Shown in pieces: positions 1 through 10,367 of a stretch of 64,000 bases of DNA. The position numbers and the translations under genes are program-made. The DNA is taken from NCBI GenBank assembly GCA_965222375.1, contig CBDCTZ010000015.1:1088001-1152000 (forward strand), given 5' to 3'. The notes under the pieces are model-generated. The model saw only the letters and a list, made by a program, of their open reading frames with translations, was not told the DNA's origin and ran no database searches. The stretch comes from Polyangiaceae bacterium (GTDB lineage Bacteria > Myxococcota_A > Polyangia > Polyangiales > Polyangiaceae). Every line of letters starts with the position of its first letter. Within the stretch, counting starts at the first letter, position 1.

Positions 1-233
1 CCGGAAATGACCCTGAGCACATCATCAGCATCCCGGCACTCCTCGAGATCGCATGCCACCACGCTGGCTCCCGCTTGGATGCCAAGAGCGCGCGCTAGCG
101 CCGACTTCCCTACACCGGGTGGCCCCGTCAGGGTCACCAGCCGGCTATCACCAGCCAATAGCCCTTGCAGCGCGCGCAGGTCATCCTCGCGTCCAAGGAG
201 TGTACCGGTGGTTGACGGGGGCGTCTGAGCCAA
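1..233 (-). CDS. N-terminus of STAND/AAA-type ATP-binding protein (runs off window edge)
   Basis: Manual minus-strand translation: LLGREDDLRALQGLLAGDSRLVTLTGPPGVGKSALARAL (GRE motif + Walker A); start (TTG 233) uncertain. Confidence 0.7.
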   Translation of the reverse strand, partial: MAQTPPSTTGTLLGREDDLRALQGLLAGDSRLVTLTGPPGVGKSALARALGIQAGASVVACDLEECRDADDVLRVIS

Positions 234-355
234 TCTCGCACGCGGAGCATAGCGCGGCACGGGCCGGATTAGCTGGATTAGGTCTACGCCCTGGGAGGCC
301 GCACCGCGCCCGTTCGGGTCGCAGTTGCCGGGCATCATGATAATCTGAGAGCGTC

Positions 356-1843
356 ATGGGCGAACCCGTCCCCCCGCTCACCGTTGGGCGCTATGAGATC
401 TCCACGGAGATTGCCGCCGGAGGGATGGCAACCGTCCATCTCGGGCGCTTGGCTGGGGCCGCGGGTTTTGGTCGAGTTGTAGCTATCAAGCGGTTGCACC
501 GGCATTTGGCCGGGGATCCCGAATTCGCAGAGATGTTCATCGCGGAAGCGAACCTCGCATCTCGGATCCGCCACCCCAATGTAGTGCCGACGCTAGACGT
601 CGTGAGTACCGAAGGCGAGCTCTTCGTCGTGTTGGACTACGTGGAGGGGGAATCCCTGTCACAGCTGACCCGCGCCGCCAAGAAGGCGGGCAAGCGACTT
701 CCTCTGGCTGTAGTTTCTTCAGCGCTAATCGGAGTTCTGCAAGGGCTTCACGCTGCACACACCGCCGTAAGCGCGGATGGCACGCCCCTCAAGATCATCC
801 ACCGCGACGTCTCGCCGCAGAACGTTCTGGTTGGAGTGGACGGCATTGCCCGTGTCCTGGATTTCGGCGTCGCAAAGGCCATGGGACTCACGCAAACAAC
901 CCGCGCAGGCACGGTCAAGGGCAAGATCCCATACATGCCTCCGGAGCAGCTTCGCGGCGACACACTGGATCCGAGGGCGGATCTCTACGCCGTTGGCCTG
1001 ATGTTGTGGGAGTGTTTTGCCGGAAAGCGCTACTTCACTGGCGATGACGAATTTCAGGTTGCGGCACGAGTGCAAAAGGGCGTTCAGAAGCCACCCTCGA
1101 GCCTGAATTCCGACGTGCCACCGGAGCTTGACGACCTGGTAATGAAGGCATGCCACCGTGAACCGAAGCAACGGTTCGAGGATGCCTTGGTGATGGCCAA
1201 GGCGCTGCGGGACGCGTGCGTACCGGCAATTCCAAGCGAGGTCGGCCAGATCGTTAGGGAATTTGCGACGGACTCGCTGGGAAAGCGGGCGCGCCTCGTC
1301 GCCGACCTGGAGTCTTCATCTCGCCCGTTCAGGCTCCCCTTGCCGGAACCGAGTGAGCTGCCCACCCGCGCGAGCAAGCCTGACGCGGCACCCGTCGATG
1401 CCCACGAGCTACCCACCCGTGCCACCGATGAACCGGAGACTCTGCTCAGTCCAACACACGGGTTCCATCGCTCTGGCACCATAGCCGCAACAACAGCAAA
1501 TCCGGCGCGCGGCTCGATGATGTGGGTGATCATCATCGGAGTCAGCGTTGGCGTCATTATTGCGGCGCTCGTACTCCTCTTGAGCCTGTCCTTGCGTTCA
1601 GATCCCGTCAATTCGCTAGCCCGTTTGAAGACGCCGGTCGTGCCACCAATTCCAACAGCGTCGTCCAGGGCACTGCCTGTACCAAGTGACCCGACGGCGG
1701 CGGTGGCACCAACCGAGAGCAGGGAGCCTGCGTCGCCCCCTCCACCCCGCACCGTGCGCCCGCCTCGGCCGCCCAAGAGCTGCAATCCGCCTTATACTGT
1801 CCGACCGGACGGCACCAAAAGGTTCAAACCCGAATGTTTCTGA
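356..1843 (+). CDS. Hanks-type Ser/Thr protein kinase with TM helix and Pro-rich C-terminus
   Basis: GGMATV, VAIK, HRDVSPQN, DFG, GKIPYMPPEQ, DLYAVG motifs; hydrophobic segment; C-terminal CNPPYT...FKPEC. Confidence 0.95.
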   Translation: MGEPVPPLTVGRYEISTEIAAGGMATVHLGRLAGAAGFGRVVAIKRLHRHLAGDPEFAEMFIAEANLASRIRHPNVVPTLDVVSTEGELFVVLDYVEGESLSQLTRAAKKAGKRLPLAVVSSALIGVLQGLHAAHTAVSADGTPLKIIHRDVSPQNVLVGVDGIARVLDFGVAKAMGLTQTTRAGTVKGKIPYMPPEQLRGDTLDPRADLYAVGLMLWECFAGKRYFTGDDEFQVAARVQKGVQKPPSSLNSDVPPELDDLVMKACHREPKQRFEDALVMAKALRDACVPAIPSEVGQIVREFATDSLGKRARLVADLESSSRPFRLPLPEPSELPTRASKPDAAPVDAHELPTRATDEPETLLSPTHGFHRSGTIAATTANPARGSMMWVIIIGVSVGVIIAALVLLLSLSLRSDPVNSLARLKTPVVPPIPTASSRALPVPSDPTAAVAPTESREPASPPPPRTVRPPRPPKSCNPPYTVRPDGTKRFKPECF

Positions 1844-2679
1844 GACGAATTTCCGTATGTGTCGCGGGCGTGCTCGCCTGCGGCGTGCTCGCCGCGCAGC
1901 CAAAAAGCGGACGTGAATGCGCTCAGCTGCACGAGAAAGCGCATTCCCTCCGGAAAGATGGCAAGCTGATCGAAGCGCGAGAGATGTTCACCAAGTGCAC
2001 ACTCTCTGTTTGTCCCGGAATCATTCGCACTGAATGCACGAAGGCAAGCGAACTGCTGGCAAGCAGCGTGCCGTCGATCGTGCTCGTGGTCAAACGCGGC
2101 GACGTCGAAGTCGACGAAGCCGAAGTACTCATCGACGACGTGCCCCTCGAAGGGGGGCTCGACGGTCGCGCCAAGGAGCTCAATCCCGGCCGCCACACCG
2201 TGAAAGTCACGGTGCCAAACGCAGCGGGTGTCGAGAAAACCATCCTGCTTCGAGAAAACGAGAAACAACGCCGGATCGAACTGGTGGTCGAAGAGGCCAA
2301 GACCGCACCCGTGGCGGATCCGGTCTTGGATACGGAACCCATCAGGAGCGGACCTCCGACGATCTCTTGGGTCCTATTCGGCGTGGGGGTCGCCGGATTG
2401 GCGAGCGCCGCCTATTTCGGATTCAGCGGCTTAGCGAAAGAAGACGAAGTGGAATCTTGCAACGTCGGCTGCGATCCGGACGCGGCCGACGATATCAAGA
2501 GCAGCTACTACACGCCGGCCGACATATCATTAGTGATCGGACTAGCGTCTATCGGCGTGGGTGGCTACCTGTGGTACGCGGACTCCAATAAGAGCAGGTC
2601 TGACGAGCAGGCGCGAATTGGAGTCGGTTTTGGTGCACGGCCGGGTGGTGGTCACGCCGTGCTCCACGGCCGCTTCTAA
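1834..2679 (+). CDS. Secreted/membrane PEGA-like domain protein
   Basis: Signal peptide, EVLIDD...LNPGRHTVKV PEGA-like segment, C-terminal hydrophobic helices ending GRF; overlaps kinase stop. Confidence 0.7.
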   Translation: MFLRRISVCVAGVLACGVLAAQPKSGRECAQLHEKAHSLRKDGKLIEAREMFTKCTLSVCPGIIRTECTKASELLASSVPSIVLVVKRGDVEVDEAEVLIDDVPLEGGLDGRAKELNPGRHTVKVTVPNAAGVEKTILLRENEKQRRIELVVEEAKTAPVADPVLDTEPIRSGPPTISWVLFGVGVAGLASAAYFGFSGLAKEDEVESCNVGCDPDAADDIKSSYYTPADISLVIGLASIGVGGYLWYADSNKSRSDEQARIGVGFGARPGGGHAVLHGRF

Positions 2680-4010
2680 CGCTCTCGGGCCTTGAGTTTC
2701 TGCAAGTAGCGCCGCCCGATACCAGCGGCCCGGGCGGCCTGCGAAACATTCCCTCCGTGAAGATCGAGTAATCGCTCCACGTACTTGGCCTCGAAGCGCT
2801 CGAGCAAGCGTCGACGCGCTTCGGAGTACGGCAAGCTGACATCCACAGCATCGTCGAGGGCTCCAGACTCAGCGGGCAACGTATTCCCGGAAAGCGCGAC
2901 GAGCTCTCCCAGGGCAAGATAGCGAGCCACGGCGTTACGCAGTTCCCGTACGTTGCCCGGCCAGTTCTCCCCACGCCAACGCAGAAGGAGATCGCCCCGG
3001 AGGGCCTCAGCCCCCCCGCCCAGTTGACGGGCGAAATGTCGAGCAAGGAACGCGACGTCGCCACGCCGCTCACGCAGGGGCGGTAGCTCGATGCGTGTCA
3101 CGGCAAGCCGATGATACAGGTCGTCTCGAAACTGCCGAGCCTGCACTTCCTTGTCCAGGTCTCGACGCGTCGCAGAAATGATACGCACATCCACACGGAC
3201 GGACTCGCGCCCACCAACGCGACGGAATTCCCCGCGCTCGATTGCTCTGAGCAGCTTAGGTTGGAGTTCGAGGGAAAGATCACCGATCTCATCTATGAGC
3301 AACGTTCCCCCGTGTGCAGCTTCGAGCAAGCCGATGCGGCGTTCTGATGCTCCGGTGAAGGCGCCCCGCTCGTGACCGAACAACTCGGACTCGATCAGGT
3401 TCGCTGGGATGGTCGTACAGTCGAAGACCACAAAGGCTTCTTCGGACCGCGGACCTTGGTTGTGCAGCGCTTCGGCCAGAACTTCTTTGCCGGTTCCGGT
3501 TTCTCCCTCGATCAGAACGGGCAGGTCGGTCGCCGCGAGGCGGGCGCAAAACGGGTACAGGCGTCGCATTTCGACGCTCGCGCCGAGCAGGTTTCCAAAG
3601 CTCGTTTCACTGACGACTTCTCCGGGCGGCTGAGCTTCCGCCAACTCGACCCGCAGCGCCGTGCCTCCAAGACGCAGCGTCTCCCCCCCGTTGAGCCAGG
3701 CACCAGAGATACCGAGGCCGTCGACGAAAGTGCCGTTCTTGGACTCCAGATCGGTGACGCGCAATCGCCGCCCCTGAACGTCGAGGGCGAGGTGGCGACG
3801 GGAAACCGAGCGATCCGAAAGCCGCAGTGCGCACGCTTCGCTCTGACCAACGAGCACGCGGGACGGCTCGCTGCCATCGAGCAGCAGCTCGGCGCCCGAG
3901 TCTGGGCCCTCGACGACGCTCAGCCGATAACGCGCGGCGGGCAGCGGAGAAAACTCGATTCTCGGGTGCGCAATCGTAGACAGTTCGTGCGAATCAGATT
4001 CACTCGCCAC
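2676..4010 (-). CDS. FHA-domain sigma54-dependent enhancer-binding protein
   Basis: FHA (VSRRH, DLESKNGT), GETGTGKE, ELFGHERGAFTGA, LIDEIG, WPGNVREL, Fis-type HTH. Confidence 0.93.
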   Translation of the reverse strand: MASESDSHELSTIAHPRIEFSPLPAARYRLSVVEGPDSGAELLLDGSEPSRVLVGQSEACALRLSDRSVSRRHLALDVQGRRLRVTDLESKNGTFVDGLGISGAWLNGGETLRLGGTALRVELAEAQPPGEVVSETSFGNLLGASVEMRRLYPFCARLAATDLPVLIEGETGTGKEVLAEALHNQGPRSEEAFVVFDCTTIPANLIESELFGHERGAFTGASERRIGLLEAAHGGTLLIDEIGDLSLELQPKLLRAIERGEFRRVGGRESVRVDVRIISATRRDLDKEVQARQFRDDLYHRLAVTRIELPPLRERRGDVAFLARHFARQLGGGAEALRGDLLLRWRGENWPGNVRELRNAVARYLALGELVALSGNTLPAESGALDDAVDVSLPYSEARRRLLERFEAKYVERLLDLHGGNVSQAARAAGIGRRYLQKLKARER

Positions 4011-4128
4011 GGGCCATCCTACTCACCTCTGGAAGGAAACGACGACATCTGAGGCATGATACCCTAATGTAGGACGGAACCCATCCGCCGCCCACGGTGC
4101 GCCATTCAGCGGGAGTATTCACCCCGAG

Positions 4129-5157
4129 CTAGGGGGTGCAGCAGATGACACGGGGCTCGGCACCCTGCACACTGCCAGTTGTCTTCGGCGTTCCGCTTGC
4201 CTTGCAGCCCGGGGGCGACGCGGGCGAAGTCACCTTGTAGGAGCTCCAGCTTCCGGAATGGCACGAGTCGATGGGCTTGGCGCTGGAGCAACCCGTGCAG
4301 CCGCTGCCCGTGCAGTAGACGATGCTTCCACCCGAGCAGCCCGTCGCGTCGCAGGCGCAGCCCGTGCAGCTGCGCTTGTCGGTGATGGAACCGAAGGCCG
4401 TAGATTGCACGGAGTAGCCACTTGGACAGCTCTGGTTCCCATCCGTCGCCGACATGACGCAAGGCTTGGCATTGAAGGGCGACGGCGGCCGAGGCACGCA
4501 CTCGAACCCGGCTTCGCAAGTCGTGGCGGTTTGCTCCGCGCGGCACATCGTAACCTGTGTACCGAATGTCGGAGGGATGCGGTTCACGTTTATTGCGCAG
4601 CCCTTCTGTGGAACCACGTTCATGCTCTTGGCGCTCCCGCCTCCAGAGGGCACGCAGCTTCCGCTCTGATCGAGTGTGCCGGCGCCAGATAGAGTCGTGC
4701 CACAACTCGAATCCGTATAGTCCAACGGGTGACAGCGGTCGACACCCGGTACCGGGACGCAGGCACAGGGCTCGCAACCGGTATCGACAGGGTCTTTGCC
4801 TCGGACGAGCGGATCGTTGAACCCGCCGGGGCAACTGCTCGCGGATTCCCCCTCGACGAACGCTGCGTGAAACCAACCCAGAGGCGCTTTTGGCGCACAA
4901 ACACAGTCGTTCGTCCCGCAGCCAGTGCAAGGCGCGAGAGGAGGGCTGCCCGCGGATCCGCTCGCCCCAGCAGCCGCGGATGCACCTGCACTCGCGCCGC
5001 TGCCTCCGGCGGCACTGGCGCCACCGCCTCCAGCCGTATTCCCACCGGTACCCACACCGCTGCTGCCACCGTTGTCAGCGACCTGTCCACCGCTAATGTC
5101 ACGGAAGGAACACGCGACCGCAACCAACAACAACGCAGAGCTCAAGGAACGAATCAC
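4129..5157 (-). CDS. Cys-rich lipoprotein with Gly-rich linker
   Basis: Lipobox VAVAC, G/A/S linker, many Cys, ends VICC; paralogue of 5387-6388. Confidence 0.75.
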   Translation of the reverse strand: MIRSLSSALLLVAVACSFRDISGGQVADNGGSSGVGTGGNTAGGGGASAAGGSGASAGASAAAGASGSAGSPPLAPCTGCGTNDCVCAPKAPLGWFHAAFVEGESASSCPGGFNDPLVRGKDPVDTGCEPCACVPVPGVDRCHPLDYTDSSCGTTLSGAGTLDQSGSCVPSGGGSAKSMNVVPQKGCAINVNRIPPTFGTQVTMCRAEQTATTCEAGFECVPRPPSPFNAKPCVMSATDGNQSCPSGYSVQSTAFGSITDKRSCTGCACDATGCSGGSIVYCTGSGCTGCSSAKPIDSCHSGSWSSYKVTSPASPPGCKASGTPKTTGSVQGAEPRVICCTP

Positions 5158-5386
5158 AGCGGGTGAGTGTACCGCTTTCTAGGTGACGTCGCACGTCCAT
5201 CGTGCGGTAGATCCAGTCCGCATTGCGGAATGGCATCCCGTAGTCCCCACACGACGGGGTGCGCCCCGACAGGACGCACCTCGAGTGTTCACGGTTTGCG
5301 CGGTCCATGCGGCCCGTCGGCCCGCATGGTAATCTACACTCCACTTTCATGGCAGAGCCGTGACACCATCTGCAGCGGAAGGCGTG

Positions 5387-6388
5387 ATGGCGCGTTACTC
5401 GAACAAGTCGAACGCTGTAGCCTGGCTTCTCCTTGGCGCGCTCGCATCCGCGTGCGGCCTGCGAAGCATCGACGTACCCGAGCGCGGGGGCGCGGGCGGG
5501 AACGCCATGCAGGGGGATGCCAGCTTGGATGTTGGTGGCGGTGGATTTCCTAGTCAAGACGCCTCCGCCGACGCACCGGCGGACAGCCTCGGCGACTGCT
5601 CGAGCTGTATTGGGGGCAACTGCGCCTGCGTCCCTCCCGCGCCGCAGGACTGGGAGCATGCTGTGGTTGCCGAGCACACGGACGGCACGAGACAGCTCTG
5701 TCCGCAGGGCTTTGACGCGCCGATCATTCTTGGGCTCGGCGCGAAAGACACCGGTTGTGGTAGCTGCGTGTGCAAAGACCCAGCGGCGCGCTGTCGTTCC
5801 GAAACCTACGACCAGTGCGGCGGCACATACAAGTCGGGCGGAGACATCATCGGCGCGGGCTGCAATACCAGCCTCGTCACCAACGCAACCCAGGCCACGA
5901 AGCTGGACACCTACAAGACTTGTACGGACTTCGAGCCCCAGCCCCTTGAACCTGTTTTCGATACGACCGTAACCGTTTGCCGCCATGACGACACAGCGCT
6001 CACGAGCTGCGGCAACGGAGTCTGCCTTCCCACACCGCTACCACCCTTCGAGGCGATGGCCTGTGTCATCTCCAGCAACAGCGGAGATCAAACCTGCCCC
6101 GCCGGCTACCCCGTCAAGCGAAGTTACGCGACTGGCTTCAATGACCAGCGCAGCTGCCCGAGTTGCCAATGCCCCACCAGCGCGCTGTCCTGCAAGGGGG
6201 CAACCGTGCGCTTCTGCGAAGGAAAGAACTGCACGGGGTGCCGTCCCGCCAGGCCATTCGGCGCGTGCGTGCAGGGACCTGTCGCGAGCGTAGACGTCGT
6301 GATGCCCCTTTGCTCCAATGGTCCTTCCGGGGCGGCGGGTTCTGTATCCACCGCGGGGCTTCGGGTGGTGTGCTGCACGGCGAGTTGA
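5387..6388 (+). CDS. Cys-rich lipoprotein (divergently transcribed paralogue of 4129-5157)
   Basis: Lipobox LASAC; shared CPxGF, KDxxxTGC, CPxGY, DxRSC, VVCC motifs. Confidence 0.75.
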   Translation: MARYSNKSNAVAWLLLGALASACGLRSIDVPERGGAGGNAMQGDASLDVGGGGFPSQDASADAPADSLGDCSSCIGGNCACVPPAPQDWEHAVVAEHTDGTRQLCPQGFDAPIILGLGAKDTGCGSCVCKDPAARCRSETYDQCGGTYKSGGDIIGAGCNTSLVTNATQATKLDTYKTCTDFEPQPLEPVFDTTVTVCRHDDTALTSCGNGVCLPTPLPPFEAMACVISSNSGDQTCPAGYPVKRSYATGFNDQRSCPSCQCPTSALSCKGATVRFCEGKNCTGCRPARPFGACVQGPVASVDVVMPLCSNGPSGAAGSVSTAGLRVVCCTAS

Positions 6389-6820
6389 AAGCGGACTCGA
6401 GCGAAGGTCTTGGATGGGCGCAGGCGGGACCTTGGCGTTCACAAGGCAGCAAGCTCTGGAGGCAAGTTCGTCCTCCGATTTGGCGAATTCCGGAATGACG
6501 TCGATGGCGCTCGGTGCCGAGGCGAGGCACACCCGGTTTGTGCCGACGGACAGTGCGCTCGTGAACCGACGATAGAAACCTGACTGGGCCGCCGTGACAG
6601 GGGCCAGGCAGCTATCAGTAGGGTCCGCAGAACCGGCAGCAGGACGGACCTGGTCGACGGCTGCCTGGATGAGGCGGCTGTCCCGAGCCCGGCCACATGC
6701 TGCGTGGCCGACTGAGTGGAGGAAGTGCGCCCCTGCTGGGCGCGGCGGGATCGGCGGGCAGCGAGTCACGCGGCGACTTCACTCCCGTGATTTCGCGACC
6801 CTTCGCGGGTAGGCGCCAGT

Positions 6821-8032
6821 TTGCGCGTGGTTCCGAAGCAAGGCACGCCGAGTGCATGCTATCGTTGGACTGTGTGCTCACGAACCGACTACCAGAACTC
6901 GGCGGGACCGCTCACGACCAGGCGCTGCGGCGACAGGCCGGCGGCCTGGGACAGTTCCCCGCGGTCGGCGACTCTCCGAAAGCAGCCCTTGCCTTTGGTC
7001 GTCCTCCTCGCGGCCACCTTGGGCGCTTGCTCCTTTCGCAGCGTGGACGAGCCCGGAGGCCCGCTGGGTGGTGGCAACGCGGTGGGTTCTGGCGGCTCTC
7101 AATCCGTCACCGATGGTGGATGGATTGCAATCGGGGGAGGCGCTGGAAATGGAGGTACGGGTGCCGCGGGCGGCAGTGGCGGTAGCGTCGGCGGTTCCAG
7201 TAGCGGGGGGCTAAGCGGGACCGGAGCGGTAGCTGCGACAGGTGGAGTCGGAGCGACCGGGGGAGTCGGAGCAACCGGGGGAGTCGGAGCGACCGGGGGA
7301 GTCGGAGCGACGGGGGGAGTCGGAGCGACGGGGGGAGTCGGCACCGGCGGGTTCGGTGCCACGGGGGGCTCGGGCACTGGTGGTTTCAGCACCGGGGGGT
7401 TCGGCGGCACCGGGGGATTCAGCACTGGAGGCATCGGAGCCACCGGGGGATTCGGCGGTGGCACGGGGGGCATCGGAGCCACCGGCGGAACCGGTGGCTC
7501 TTCCTGTGTGCCGTTCAGCGGCTTCACGACCTGGAGGAACCCAGGCGTCACCCAGAACACGGACTCGCCGAGCGGTACCATTTCTTGGACCAACACCAGT
7601 GCAGCAAATGCAAGCGACAATGTCTATGCGGTCGCCGTGCTCAAGGGCACGACGGCAGCGACCAGCGAGTACCTGTGGGCACGCAGCTTTGGTTTCCAGT
7701 TGCCCGGGGCAGCCACGATCAACGGAATCGAGGTCGCCATCGAACGTCGCCAGGGGTTCACTGGGGTTCTGGATCGCACGGTCCGACTGACCAAGGCTGG
7801 AACACCCACTGGCAAGGACAAGGACGGCTCTGGCTGGCCCAGCAACGACAAGTACAAGACGTTTGGCGGTGGCAGCGACCTTTGGAATACCTCGTGGACC
7901 ACCAGCCAGGTCAATTCCAGCACCTTCGGAGTGGTCCTGGAGGCCTACGCCTTCTCGCTCCAAGGCAGTGTGTCGGCGACTGCCTACGTGGACCACATTC
8001 GCATTCGGGTTCACTACACGCGCACATGCTAG
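6821..8032 (+). CDS. Lipoprotein with GGVGAT repeat stalk and C-terminal beta-rich domain
   Basis: Lipobox LGAC, 18-bp tandem repeats, C-terminus GFQLP...GIEVAIER...YVDHIRIRVHY; true start probably downstream of 6821. Confidence 0.7.
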   Translation: MRVVPKQGTPSACYRWTVCSRTDYQNSAGPLTTRRCGDRPAAWDSSPRSATLRKQPLPLVVLLAATLGACSFRSVDEPGGPLGGGNAVGSGGSQSVTDGGWIAIGGGAGNGGTGAAGGSGGSVGGSSSGGLSGTGAVAATGGVGATGGVGATGGVGATGGVGATGGVGATGGVGTGGFGATGGSGTGGFSTGGFGGTGGFSTGGIGATGGFGGGTGGIGATGGTGGSSCVPFSGFTTWRNPGVTQNTDSPSGTISWTNTSAANASDNVYAVAVLKGTTAATSEYLWARSFGFQLPGAATINGIEVAIERRQGFTGVLDRTVRLTKAGTPTGKDKDGSGWPSNDKYKTFGGGSDLWNTSWTTSQVNSSTFGVVLEAYAFSLQGSVSATAYVDHIRIRVHYTRTC

Positions 8033-8124
8033 GCCGCATTGCACCGAACGGACGGCGTGGGTCCTTTTCTGCGTGGGCAACAACTGCCCCACCTGCCGTC
8101 CACCGAGTTCGGTGGGTCCCGGTT

Positions 8125-9027
8125 GTGCGCTGTGCTTGCCTCATTCCTATTCCGAAACGGCATGGCCGCTCCCCCCTACTGCTCACTTCAATGATCGTGG
8201 TGGTGGCATGCTCGTTTCGGACCGTGGACGCACCACCGGGCGACCCGAGTGGCGGAAACGGTGGCGGCGGCGGCTCGCTGCATGTCGCCGACGGCGGCTG
8301 GATTGATGGCGGCCCTGGCGGAGCTCAAACCGGTGGTCTGGGAGGTGGCACCGGCGGAACTCAAACCGGTGGTCTGGGAGGTGGCACCGGCGGAACTCAA
8401 ACCGGTGGTCTGGGAGGTGGCACCGGTGGAACTCAAACCGGTGGTGTGGGAGGTGGTACCGGCGGAACTCAAACCGGAGGAACCGGCGGCACCGGCGGAT
8501 GCACGCCCGTCTTTGGTTCCACCGGCTGGAAGAGTCCGCTGGACGTCAGCACCAAGAGTAAGGCTGGCGCCACGTTTTCATGGACCAACCCCGATGCCGT
8601 CAAAGCGAGCGACAACGCCTACGCGACTGTGGCATTTGCTGGCTCCGCCCTCGTGCTCTCGGAGTATCTGTGGACTCGCAGCTTTGGTTTCCAACTACCG
8701 ACCAACGCTAGCGTCGACGGCATCGAAGTTGCCATTGAGCGCCGTCTCCAGAACAACGGTATGAGCAGCGTGTCCGATGACGCTGTCCAGCTGCTCAAAG
8801 CCGGAACGCTCACCGGGCAGAATAGGAGTTCCACCTGGCAGCTCAACGATACGTATGCAACTTTCGGAAGCGGCACCGACACCTGGGGCACAACCTGGAC
8901 GGCTGCAGAGATCAACTCTGTCAACTTCGGCCTGGCCGTAGCGTTAGAGGCGTTCGGTTCTACGATCGGAGTGACAGCGTATGTCGACCACATTCGCATT
9001 CGAGTTCACTACACGCAGGCGTGCTGA
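8125..9027 (+). CDS. Tandem paralogue of previous lipoprotein (GGTQTGGLGGGT repeat stalk)
   Basis: VVACSFR lipobox, 36-bp repeats 8317-~8480, same C-terminal domain; start uncertain (GTG 8125 or ATG 8191). Confidence 0.7.
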   Translation: MRCACLIPIPKRHGRSPLLLTSMIVVVACSFRTVDAPPGDPSGGNGGGGGSLHVADGGWIDGGPGGAQTGGLGGGTGGTQTGGLGGGTGGTQTGGLGGGTGGTQTGGVGGGTGGTQTGGTGGTGGCTPVFGSTGWKSPLDVSTKSKAGATFSWTNPDAVKASDNAYATVAFAGSALVLSEYLWTRSFGFQLPTNASVDGIEVAIERRLQNNGMSSVSDDAVQLLKAGTLTGQNRSSTWQLNDTYATFGSGTDTWGTTWTAAEINSVNFGLAVALEAFGSTIGVTAYVDHIRIRVHYTQAC

Positions 9028-9135
9028 GACTTCATCGCGCGCACTTGCTCTCTCTCCCCAGACATCACGCCATGGGCACGGAAGTGCGCTTCTGAAGTGC
9101 TGAGACTTCATCGCGCGCACTTGCTCTCCCCAGAC
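9021..9135. repeat. Two ~40-bp direct repeats with an overlapping long hairpin between convergent genes (possible bidirectional terminator)
   Basis: GTGCTGAGACTTCATCGCGCGCACTTGCTCTC..CCCAGAC at 9021-9063 and 9097-9135; AAGTGCGC/GCGCACTT and TGAAGT/ACTTCA stems. Confidence 0.7.
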
Positions 9136-9189
9136 TGACCGCCCCTGGAGTATCCCATCAAATTCGTCCCGTATGGCGCGTCTACGTTG

Positions 9190-10116
9190 CTACAACGCCT
9201 TGTCACAGGGCGGAAGCAAGTCGCATTTGGGCGCCAGCCGGCCGCAATGCGCATACTCTGCCGGCATCGAGCTGTCGCACAGGCAGAGCCTTCCTTCGAT
9301 TCCACACGCCCAGATCTTCAAGATGACTTCGTCTGACAAGGGCTGCCTCGACAGGAACAGCTCATCGATATGGCCCGAGTAGGGTTTGCTCGGATTGGAG
9401 ACACGGAATGGGCCCATTCCGTCGGTCGGGTCGGGAACCCCATTGGTGTCGCCGAGCGCCCCATCGATGAAGGACGCCATCTTGCTCTGCTCGGCGTCCC
9501 AGCGACACACGACGTGAACCCATTGCGCACTTTCCCAGCTCGGCGCATACGCTCCCTTGGTGCCGGCGCCGGCGCCGACGATGCAGCGGCTATTGGCGCC
9601 CCCGGGGTTCCACTCGAGAGCATAGCCGCGCGAGTTGTCCAGTCGCCCCATCGCCCGGGGCGTGTTGCCAACTGCCTCCACGCGAAACCACCCGCCGAAG
9701 GTCATTCCGGAAGTTGCGCCGGGCATGAACATCGGATCTAGGGATTCGAGCCCCGTGTCCACCTCACCCTCGAGGAGCAAGGCTGAGCTGCCTTCGGCGA
9801 ACTCCTGCGCGTCCCGCAACAGCTGCCCCTTCTCGAAGAGATGAAGCCCGTTCGGAGACGAATCCCATCCCAAAGCTGCCACATCTTCGAATAGGTAGAC
9901 CGCCGTCATGTGCGGCACGAAGCTCGGCGCGGTCTGGGACCCGGCTTCACCTGCTTCAGCGCCGCCGTCGAGACCTACCCGGGAGCTCTTGAGCGAATCG
10001 AGATCATTGAAGGAGCAAGCGGAAGCCAACGCTGTACCCGCGACTACCGTCATCGCTCCAACGGGCAACCGCAGGTGAAGCGAAACGCGAGTCGGCAAGG
10101 TGAACAACGTAAGCAA
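9190..10116 (-). CDS. LamG/concanavalin-A-like lipoprotein
   Basis: Lipobox ASAC; TFGGWF, QWVHVVCRWD, FIDG, YSGHIDELF...LSDEVI pattern; start may be 10053. Confidence 0.75.
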   Translation of the reverse strand: MLTLFTLPTRVSLHLRLPVGAMTVVAGTALASACSFNDLDSLKSSRVGLDGGAEAGEAGSQTAPSFVPHMTAVYLFEDVAALGWDSSPNGLHLFEKGQLLRDAQEFAEGSSALLLEGEVDTGLESLDPMFMPGATSGMTFGGWFRVEAVGNTPRAMGRLDNSRGYALEWNPGGANSRCIVGAGAGTKGAYAPSWESAQWVHVVCRWDAEQSKMASFIDGALGDTNGVPDPTDGMGPFRVSNPSKPYSGHIDELFLSRQPLSDEVILKIWACGIEGRLCLCDSSMPAEYAHCGRLAPKCDLLPPCDKAL

Positions 10117-10367
10117 GCGCTAGCTCCGAGCGACCTCTGAAGTGCAAGGCGCGAACCAACGATATCGCGATCTCACTCTCATTGCGGATCTGCGCCGACG
10201 CAGCGAAGCCGTACGCTCGCAGAGCGCCACGTCTGCGCCCCACGGGAACTCGGGTGCGCCCGATCAGGACGCAGAGTTCGCAGGCCGAAACCCGACGAAA
10301 CAACTTGATCGGACCCGGTACGACCCTTGCTTACATTGTGCGACAGCTCACACATTGGAGGATAAGA

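Noticed and set aside
6389..6820. Gene in the gap between lipoproteins
   Set aside because: Several short overlapping ORFs, none with a recognisable motif or RBS.
9021..9135. Mini-CRISPR (2 repeats, 33-bp spacer)
   Set aside because: Repeat 1 overlaps a stop codon, the copies differ in length, and the spacer base-pairs with the repeat.
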